Below, one piece after another: positions 57,168-64,000 of a stretch of DNA of 64,000 bases. The translations under genes and the position numbers were made by a program. The stretch is from an uncultured Leptospira sp. (GTDB lineage: Bacteria > Spirochaetota > UBA4802 > UB4802). Numbering within the stretch: position 1 is the first letter of the stretch; each line of letters opens with the position of its first letter. The notes beneath the pieces were generated by a model that had not been told where the DNA came from, did no database searches, and saw nothing but the letters and a program-made list of their open reading frames with translations. Location: contig CAZDWJ010000002.1 of assembly GCA_964509195.1 (NCBI GenBank), positions 8,214 through 72,213 of the forward strand, read 5' to 3'.

Positions 57168-58832
57168 TTGATAATTAAAGAATATATTGCACACACAGTT
57201 GGACAGGCGTTAGTAAAACTCTTACAGGAAAAAAATATTTCCTTAGAGCTATCGCCAACAATTAAAGTTGAATATCCCAAAGAAGAAAAATTTGGTGACT
57301 ATGCTACTCCTGTTGCAATGGAATGTGCAAAACTACTACGTATGTCGCCGTTACAGATTGGTGAGGAGATAAAGCAACGTATAGATGCACAGATCTTTGA
57401 ACAAATTGATGTGGTAAAACCTGGTTTTATCAATATATTTTTATCACTCCCATTCCTTTTAAAAAGGCTTGAGGAGATAGTTACTGTTAAAGATGAGTAT
57501 GGTAAAAATAAAAAGCAAAATCCCCGAAATGTCAATATCGAGTTTGTCTCGGCAAATCCTACTGGTCCATTAAATGTTGTCTCTGCTCGGGCTGCTGCGG
57601 TGGGTGATACGCTTGCAAATTTATTACAGGCAAGCGGCGATATAGTACACAGAGAATTTTACGTGAACGATTACGGTAATCAAGTATGGTGGCTTGGGAA
57701 ATCGGTGTGGATTCGCTACCGGCAAATGCTGGGAGAGGAGGTCCAATTCCCCGAAGAAGGTTATCACGGTGATTATGTAAAGGATATTGCACGCTATCTT
57801 CATGAGAATTTTTTACAGGAACTATCGCACATAAAAGATGAGGAAAGCATTATTAATTTCTGCGCACAAAAAGCCATTGAATACAACGTTGCCTCACAGA
57901 AAGAAGATTTAGACAGCTTTAATGTGAAATTTGATACGTGGTTTCATGAAAGCACGTTGCACCAGAGTGGTAAGGTTATGGAGGTTTTCAATTATCTTGA
58001 TTCGCTTGGTGTGATACGTGATGATGATGGCAAGAAGGTATTTGTTTCAACTCAATTTGGTGATGACAAGGACAGAGTGGTTGTTCGTGATGATGGCAGA
58101 CCAACGTATTTAATGGCTGATATTGCATATCATAGGACAAAGATTGAGCGCGGGTATGATTTGATTATTGATATTTGGGGCCCGGACCATCACGGGTACA
58201 TTGCTCGCCTGGTTGGCGCAATGAAGGCAATGGGATTTGATGAAAAGCATTTCAGGATTCTGATTTCCCAGCAGGTAAACCTTTTGATGAATGGAGAGGC
58301 AGTGAAAATGTCCAAGCGATTGGGAACATTTTCCACCATGCGAGACCTTATAGAAGAAATTGGCACTGACGTTGCGCGGTATTTCTTTGTGATGCGTTCA
58401 ATGGATAGCCATTTGGATTTTGACATTGACCTTGCAAAACGCCAGAGCAGCGAAAATCCTGTTTTTTACCTGCAGTATGCACATGCTCGTATTTGCTCAA
58501 TCTTCAGGGAAGCCCAGAACAGAAATATTCATTACAATAAAGCTATTGTTGATGTGAAACATTACAACAATCCTGAAACGATTGCGTTGCTTAAACTTAT
58601 GGCACGTTTCCCCGAAGAAGTATATGACGCTGCTACAAGCTTTGAACCGCATAGGATTACGGTGTACTGTATGCGCTTGGCACAGGCGTATCATAAGTTT
58701 TATACTGAGCATAGAGTATTATCCGATGACGCTGAGTGTACACAGAGCTATCTTACATTATGTGATGGTGTGCGTATTATCTTGAAGAATGCACTAGCAC
58801 TGTTAGGCGTAAGCGCTCCAGAGAGAATGTAA
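57168..58832 (+). CDS. argS: Arginine--tRNA ligase
   Basis: 554 aa matching the ArgS family throughout (SANPTGPLNVVSAR HIGH-like, KMSKR). TTG start with RBS AAAGAGG. Confidence 0.9.
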   Translation: MIIKEYIAHTVGQALVKLLQEKNISLELSPTIKVEYPKEEKFGDYATPVAMECAKLLRMSPLQIGEEIKQRIDAQIFEQIDVVKPGFINIFLSLPFLLKRLEEIVTVKDEYGKNKKQNPRNVNIEFVSANPTGPLNVVSARAAAVGDTLANLLQASGDIVHREFYVNDYGNQVWWLGKSVWIRYRQMLGEEVQFPEEGYHGDYVKDIARYLHENFLQELSHIKDEESIINFCAQKAIEYNVASQKEDLDSFNVKFDTWFHESTLHQSGKVMEVFNYLDSLGVIRDDDGKKVFVSTQFGDDKDRVVVRDDGRPTYLMADIAYHRTKIERGYDLIIDIWGPDHHGYIARLVGAMKAMGFDEKHFRILISQQVNLLMNGEAVKMSKRLGTFSTMRDLIEEIGTDVARYFFVMRSMDSHLDFDIDLAKRQSSENPVFYLQYAHARICSIFREAQNRNIHYNKAIVDVKHYNNPETIALLKLMARFPEEVYDAATSFEPHRITVYCMRLAQAYHKFYTEHRVLSDDAECTQSYLTLCDGVRIILKNALALLGVSAPERM

Positions 58833-58946
58833 CGTTAGATTGTCTAGATACAAAAAACGTAATAATCAAAAATAAATTATTGATTTTTTATTGCTGCATC
58901 TGTTGTATTACAATACATCATGTAGTAATTGTGGAACAAATGACAG

Positions 58947-60164
58947 ATGAAAGCAGCACTCATAGCTACTGGCTGTGAATTGGTGAGTGGCCGGATTCAC
59001 GAAGCCAATAATTATTTTTTAAGCCAGCATTTGCAATCAATTGGTTTGCAGGTGGTAATCCACTATGTGGTTGGTGATGACAGTGAAGCATTGCGTCTAT
59101 CAATTGAGCACGCAATGAACATAGCTGATATTATTATCATTTCAGGGGGATTAGGACCTACTGTTGATGATATTACTTTTGAAACCCTTGGAAAAATGTT
59201 TTTGCTGCAGCCTGTCATTCACGCGCATTCAAAAGAGCGGATGGAATATTTCTTCAATGCGGTTGGAAAATCTGTTTTGCAATCTGATTTCAAGATGATG
59301 ACAGTTCCTGAAAATGCAGTTGTGTTTATTAATGATACAGGACTTGCTCCAGGTTTTGCTGTGAGTGTTGATGGAAAGGATATAATAGCATTGCCCGGAG
59401 TACCAAGAGAACTGAAATCTATGATAGGAAAGGTTATTGATTATTTGGAAAGTAAGTATCAGTTAAATAAAAAGCAGTCTGTAACATTCAAAGTTGTTAT
59501 GATGCGTGAAGCTGAGGTGGATTCAGGGGTAAAAGAGATAGTTGATACTGTTAAAAATGTTGATGTTTCAATAACCTATGAGGCCGGCATTACCACAGTG
59601 ATGCTTAGTGCAAAAGAAGATGATGTACTACCAGAAGAGATAGTGATTGATAAAGCAAGAAAACTTTTTGGCTCAAAATTAATATATGGATACAATTCAT
59701 TAGAAGAAAAGGTTGTTAAGGTATTTACCCGCAATGGTAAAACGATAGCTGTAGCAGAGTCATGCACTGGTGGTCTTGTTGCAAAAAGAATTACTGATAT
59801 ACCTGGCTCTTCTAGAATTTTTCTAGGTGGCATTGTTGCCTACAGCAATCAAGCAAAGATATCTCTATTAGATGTTAGTTCCACTACATTGCAAAAATTT
59901 GGTGCGGTGAGTCAGCAGACAGCTATAGAAATGGCCACAGGTGCTAAGGAAAAGTTTAACGCTGATTTTGGTATTGCAATAACAGGGATAGCAGGGCCTG
60001 ATGGAGGAACTGAAGAGAAACCTGTAGGTTTGGTGTGCTTTGGTATTGCAGGAGATAGTGCATTTACTACTCAGATACAGTTTGCAGGCAGTCGTGAACA
60101 AATACGTACAATGGCAACTAATTATATTTTAACCAGATTATTATCTTTTGCAGGGCTTGGATGA
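58947..60164 (+). CDS. cinA: CinA-family competence/damage-inducible protein (MoCF-like N-domain plus PncC nicotinamide-nucleotide amidase)
   Basis: MKAALIATGCELVSGRIHEANNYFLSQHL, and the C-terminal CinA domain VAESCTGGLVAKRITDIPGSS. Confidence 0.8.
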   Translation: MKAALIATGCELVSGRIHEANNYFLSQHLQSIGLQVVIHYVVGDDSEALRLSIEHAMNIADIIIISGGLGPTVDDITFETLGKMFLLQPVIHAHSKERMEYFFNAVGKSVLQSDFKMMTVPENAVVFINDTGLAPGFAVSVDGKDIIALPGVPRELKSMIGKVIDYLESKYQLNKKQSVTFKVVMMREAEVDSGVKEIVDTVKNVDVSITYEAGITTVMLSAKEDDVLPEEIVIDKARKLFGSKLIYGYNSLEEKVVKVFTRNGKTIAVAESCTGGLVAKRITDIPGSSRIFLGGIVAYSNQAKISLLDVSSTTLQKFGAVSQQTAIEMATGAKEKFNADFGIAITGIAGPDGGTEEKPVGLVCFGIAGDSAFTTQIQFAGSREQIRTMATNYILTRLLSFAGLG

Positions 60165-62980
60165 AAAGGATAATTATTGCATATATTATTGTGCTGATTT
60201 TCAGCACTGTTTCGTACTCAATAGAAAGCTCACAGTTATTTGAGCAGGGTATGGAAGCATTCAGGATGGGGAATTACGGATCCTCAGAGCTGATATTTAG
60301 AAAAGTAATTGATGCGAATGATTCATATAAAGACAGAGCATGGTATTATTTGGCATTATCAATATTTTATCAAAAACAATACCGTTCAGCTATATTTGAG
60401 TTGAATAGATTTTTGCTTTTGTGCACCACGCCTGATCTGTGCAGCGAAGCGAGATACTGGATAGCTGAATCATATTTTTTCCTTAATGATAGCATAAAAG
60501 CTATAGAAGAATATAACAGATTTATTGCACAGAGCAAAAATAAGCAGCTGATAGTAAATTCCTATGACCGTATAGGTGAAATATACTACAATCAAAAACG
60601 CTATGATGAAGCAATTATAGAATGGAAAAAAGCATTAACCATTAGTGCTAAAAAGTATGAAGACAGTAACAGAATAATAAAAATTGGTGAAGCGTTGTTC
60701 TTAAGTGAACGGTATAATGAAGCGCTTGATATGCTTGAACCTTTAATCCATGCTACCGGAGATATCACAATTGCTTCAAAAGCTAGGTTACTTGTTGGCC
60801 GGATATATCAGCTTACAGGAAAACACTGGCAGGCAATTAAATATTTAAATGAGATTCCCGATTCAATGTTGCGAGTTCCTTCTTTTATGAGTATACAATA
60901 TTTCAAAGCTCTTTCATATATGGCGTTGGGGGATGTCTATAATGCACGCTTGAACTTGAAATCGTATATTCTGATTTCTACTGATGATGCCCCATATCAT
61001 TATGGAGCAAAATATGAATTGGGGAAGATACTTATAAATACAAGGGATTCTGATGAAGGAATGAGATTATTAGAAGATGTGTATACAAACAGCAATGATA
61101 TTGAATTACGAAGCAAAGCTTCTTTTGAGTTAGCAAAAGTATATCTTAAAAATAACAATAATGAAAAAGCAATTCCATACCTGGAAAATGCTGTTTCTAT
61201 CAGTGATACGGAAAACCAGAAGTATGTCATGATGACATTAACAAGATTGTATATAACCACTGCACGCTATGATGATGCAAAACGCCTCCTGGATTTTATG
61301 CTTGAGAAATACCAGTATGAAGAAAACAGGGATGAGATGCTATTTTTGCTTGCCCAGGTGTATGTAATGCAGGGAAATATATCTAAAGCTCTAGAAATTT
61401 TTGAAGCAATTACTGAAACAAATCCATTTTCACAATATCTTGTAGAGCTTGATTATGTGAAAGCAATAGATGCATTTAAAAGAGGACAGTATAGTGATGC
61501 AATAGAATATGGTAATAAATATTTAAAAAATCAAAAAATTGAAAACAGATACGATGTGTTAATCTTACTGGCGGAATCATATGTAAAAACAAAAAACACT
61601 AAAAAAGCAACGGAAATTATAGATCAATTGATAACTCGCTTCCCAAAGCGGTTAGGACTTGATGAGATTATCTATGATTTGTCAGTACGACTAAGAGAAC
61701 AGGGTGTTAACGTTGAACGATATTATACATTTATTATTAAAAATTATCCTACATCAATTACAGCAGGCAAAATATTTATAGAAAAAGGCGATGAAGCATA
61801 CAAAAAGAAAAACTATCAGGCTGCAGCATATTTTTATTCTCAATATTTAGCAACAAAAGGAAGGCCACGTGAACGTTCAGTAGTATTGTTTTATGTACTT
61901 TCACTGTACGAACTAAAACAATATACTACAATTATAAAAACATTGCAGGACAGTGATTATTTAACTATAGATGATCTTACAACCAAACTACTGGTAAAGT
62001 GGCTGGCAAAAAGTTTCCATGCAATCAAAGATTATCCTTCAGCGTTACAGTATTTTATGAGATTTCCACTCAATGATTATAGTAAAGAAGAATTCATAGT
62101 AATTGCCGATACCGCATTAAATACCAGGCAACCAGACCTAGCGACAGATATTCTTTCATATGTTGAAGATGATGATTATTATTATATGATGATTTGTTAT
62201 TCTATTGCATTATACTACAGAAAGAATGGTGACAATAACTCTGCACTGGAATATTTTTCCAAGGTTTTACTCAGAAAACCAGATGGCAAAATCTCTGATG
62301 ATGCTAAAGTGAACCTGGCACAGATTTACATTGAACGTAAAGAATTTGATAAGGCTGTAGAATTAGCTGAATCGGTTCAGAAAAAAGAGGCAGAAAACAT
62401 ACGATTGGCCATAGTAGCTATTGCACACTTTAATTTAGGAAATTATGATAAAGCATTAAATATTACTTTGAGCAAACTTAACGATATTTTAAATACAGAA
62501 TATGCAGATGAAATACTGAAGTATTTACTGGTATACTACTATGAACAGAATGATAGAAAAAATTATCAGAATATTTTTACGTATGGAATTAAACGAAACA
62601 AGTTGATTGCATTATCAAATTATTACTATGGTATGATGATGTATAAAAATAACAATTATACACAAGCTTTAATGTATTTAAACAGTGCCTCACGGTATGA
62701 TGATGAATATGCGCGTGCTTCATTATACTATGCGGGATTAATAAATCTATTAATACAAAGGAATTATAATGCTGCAAAGAGGTATTTTGACCTGTATTTA
62801 GCTAAATCAGATATTGACGATAATAATTATTACAATGCAAAGGTTTTCGTAGCAATATTGTTATACGAAATAGGAAAAAAAGATGAATCAAGAGTCATGT
62901 TGTATGGATTGGTTAATGAAGATTCAAATGTACTTGCAAAAATAAAAGCTACACATCTTATTCAACAATATGGTTTTTGA
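60161..62980 (+). CDS. Large secreted tetratricopeptide-repeat (TPR) protein
   Basis: 939 aa with a signal peptide and more than 15 TPR-like units (W/Y-x2-A-x3-Y pattern, many Y/N/K). Its start overlaps the cinA stop by 4 nt. Confidence 0.7.
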   Translation: MKRIIIAYIIVLIFSTVSYSIESSQLFEQGMEAFRMGNYGSSELIFRKVIDANDSYKDRAWYYLALSIFYQKQYRSAIFELNRFLLLCTTPDLCSEARYWIAESYFFLNDSIKAIEEYNRFIAQSKNKQLIVNSYDRIGEIYYNQKRYDEAIIEWKKALTISAKKYEDSNRIIKIGEALFLSERYNEALDMLEPLIHATGDITIASKARLLVGRIYQLTGKHWQAIKYLNEIPDSMLRVPSFMSIQYFKALSYMALGDVYNARLNLKSYILISTDDAPYHYGAKYELGKILINTRDSDEGMRLLEDVYTNSNDIELRSKASFELAKVYLKNNNNEKAIPYLENAVSISDTENQKYVMMTLTRLYITTARYDDAKRLLDFMLEKYQYEENRDEMLFLLAQVYVMQGNISKALEIFEAITETNPFSQYLVELDYVKAIDAFKRGQYSDAIEYGNKYLKNQKIENRYDVLILLAESYVKTKNTKKATEIIDQLITRFPKRLGLDEIIYDLSVRLREQGVNVERYYTFIIKNYPTSITAGKIFIEKGDEAYKKKNYQAAAYFYSQYLATKGRPRERSVVLFYVLSLYELKQYTTIIKTLQDSDYLTIDDLTTKLLVKWLAKSFHAIKDYPSALQYFMRFPLNDYSKEEFIVIADTALNTRQPDLATDILSYVEDDDYYYMMICYSIALYYRKNGDNNSALEYFSKVLLRKPDGKISDDAKVNLAQIYIERKEFDKAVELAESVQKKEAENIRLAIVAIAHFNLGNYDKALNITLSKLNDILNTEYADEILKYLLVYYYEQNDRKNYQNIFTYGIKRNKLIALSNYYYGMMMYKNNNYTQALMYLNSASRYDDEYARASLYYAGLINLLIQRNYNAAKRYFDLYLAKSDIDDNNYYNAKVFVAILLYEIGKKDESRVMLYGLVNEDSNVLAKIKATHLIQQYGF

Positions 62981-63008
62981 AAGATAATTTTATAGTTCAG
63001 GGGAAGAT

Positions 63009-63458
63009 ATGAAGCAATATACATTCCATGTAATTCATGGTCCAAATTTGAACCTTTTAGGGGAAAGAGAACCTTCTATATATGGTACTTTGACGCTGGA
63101 AGAAATTAACAACAGGATTCTGGGATTTGCAAAGAGCCATAATTGCATTGTTCATTTTTTTCAATCTAACTGTGAAGGTGAAATAATAGATTATATTCAG
63201 AAAAACAGAATCTGCGATGGCATCATATTGAATCCTGGAGCATATACTCATACTTCAATTGCAATCCGTGATTGCATCGTAGCCTCAGGACTTCCAGCTG
63301 TTGAGGTTCATCTTTCAAATATTCACTCAAGAGAGCGTTTCAGAAGACATTCGTATATTGCTCCTGTGTGCATTGGTCAGATTTGTGGATTTGGGTATTA
63401 TTCATATATTATTGCGTTGCAGGCTTTATTACACCATGTAGATAATTATTCTAAATAG
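63009..63458 (+). CDS. aroQ: 3-dehydroquinate dehydratase, type II
   Basis: 149 aa, with IHGPNLNLLGEREPSIYG, NPGAYTHTS and HLSNIHSRE matching the family consensus. Confidence 0.85.
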   Translation: MKQYTFHVIHGPNLNLLGEREPSIYGTLTLEEINNRILGFAKSHNCIVHFFQSNCEGEIIDYIQKNRICDGIILNPGAYTHTSIAIRDCIVASGLPAVEVHLSNIHSRERFRRHSYIAPVCIGQICGFGYYSYIIALQALLHHVDNYSK

Positions 63459-63468
63459 TTATAATAAC

Positions 63469-64000
63469 ATGAACTATCGTACAAGAATAAAAAAAATAAG
63501 AAAGCTATTATCACAAAAAAAACATTTCCCATATCTGGTTGCAAACCTTATTAATATTAAATACTGCACGGGATTTGAAGGAAGTTACGGTTATCTTATT
63601 TTCTTTGAAGATGAGACAGTTTTTATTTCGGATTCACGGTATGAAGAATATGCAGAAATGATACTGCCAGAAAATGTACATTTTGTTTTGCAGCAGAAGA
63701 ATTTTTTCACAACCTTACAATCGTTGCTAAAACTAAAAAAAATAAAAAAAATATTTCTTGAGGAACATTCAATTACGTTATCACAGTATCGAGGGTTCAA
63801 AGAAGAATGCAAAGGTATAGCCATTAATTACGGCGGGGATATCGTTAATGAAATGCGGATTATCAAAGATGAGGAGGAACTTGAAAATATAAAAAAAGCA
63901 GCCCAAATAACTGATAAATGCTTTTACCATATACTTAAATACATCAAACCGGGTGTTACAGAATGGGATATAGCTGTTGAAATTGAATATTTTTACAAAA
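63469..64000 (+). CDS. Xaa-Pro aminopeptidase / M24 peptidase, N-terminal (creatinase_N) portion; continues beyond window
   Basis: ATG 63469. MNYRTRIKKIRKLL...PYLVANLINIKYCTGFEGSYGYLIF...ISDSRYEEYAE is the typical PepP/PepQ N-domain. The ORF runs off the window end. Confidence 0.55.
   Translation, partial: MNYRTRIKKIRKLLSQKKHFPYLVANLINIKYCTGFEGSYGYLIFFEDETVFISDSRYEEYAEMILPENVHFVLQQKNFFTTLQSLLKLKKIKKIFLEEHSITLSQYRGFKEECKGIAINYGGDIVNEMRIIKDEEELENIKKAAQITDKCFYHILKYIKPGVTEWDIAVEIEYFYK

Noticed and set aside
1-64000. Search for CRISPR arrays, tRNA/rRNA genes, IS elements, integrases and prophage genes
   Set aside because: I saw no regularly spaced direct repeats with unique spacers in any intergenic region. 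No stretch has tRNA-like GC composition or cloverleaf potential. No ORF has transposase, recombinase or capsid/terminase motifs. The window appears to lack these feature types.

Overview
This 64 kb window looks like chromosomal DNA from an AT-rich diderm bacterium, roughly one-third GC by eye. About 55 protein-coding genes are densely packed on both strands. I found no rRNA, tRNA, CRISPR array, transposase, integrase or phage gene. The GC estimate and the 'lower GC' remark for the 22.9-26.5 kb region are by-eye impressions, not measurements.

Recognisable housekeeping genes:
- Cell envelope: murA, lgt, lepB, a PBP with a C-terminal PASTA domain, an MltD-like lytic transglycosylase, an AmpG-like permease, an AsmA-like protein.
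- Core metabolism: purM, argS, aroQ, ald, a photolyase, cinA, ridA.
- Fe-S assembly: a NIF-type nifU-nifS pair.
- Energy and lipid metabolism: PFOR (nifJ), an acetyl-CoA hydrolase/transferase-family enzyme, three AMP-binding acyl-activating enzymes.
- Motility: the flagellar rod gene flgG translationally coupled to murA, and a Maf-like (DUF115) protein.

The window is also rich in signalling genes: two paralogous HD-GYP proteins (one followed by a standalone receiver gene), a CHASE2 adenylate cyclase, a 7TMR-DISM PP2C phosphatase, a WG/KWG-repeat secreted protein, and XRE-cupin and TetR regulators.

Gene content (flagellum, Maf, KWG repeat, CHASE2 cyclase, 7TMR-DISM, many acyl-CoA ligases, PFOR and NIF-type Fe-S assembly) suggests a flagellated, probably anaerobic or microaerophilic diderm, possibly spirochaete-like. 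I cannot establish the taxon from sequence alone.

The most unusual loci are:
1. A minus-strand operon at 37.8-41.3 kb. It encodes a three-domain fusion (acyl-AMP ligase, embedded acyl carrier domain, PlsC-type acyltransferase), then a DUF1295 membrane lipid-modifying enzyme, then an unannotated 55-aa ORF ending at a bidirectional terminator. This is a candidate lipid remodelling or acylation system.
2. An AT-rich block of four uncharacterised ORFs at 22.9-26.5 kb: a pseudo-receiver coiled-coil protein, a secreted protein, an 88-aa protein and a convergent 604-aa all-alpha protein.
3. An APH-like / P-loop kinase fusion with a small upstream partner.
4. Two uncharacterised genes translationally coupled to ampG.

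I also note several putative regulatory palindromes, terminators and start-codon corrections.
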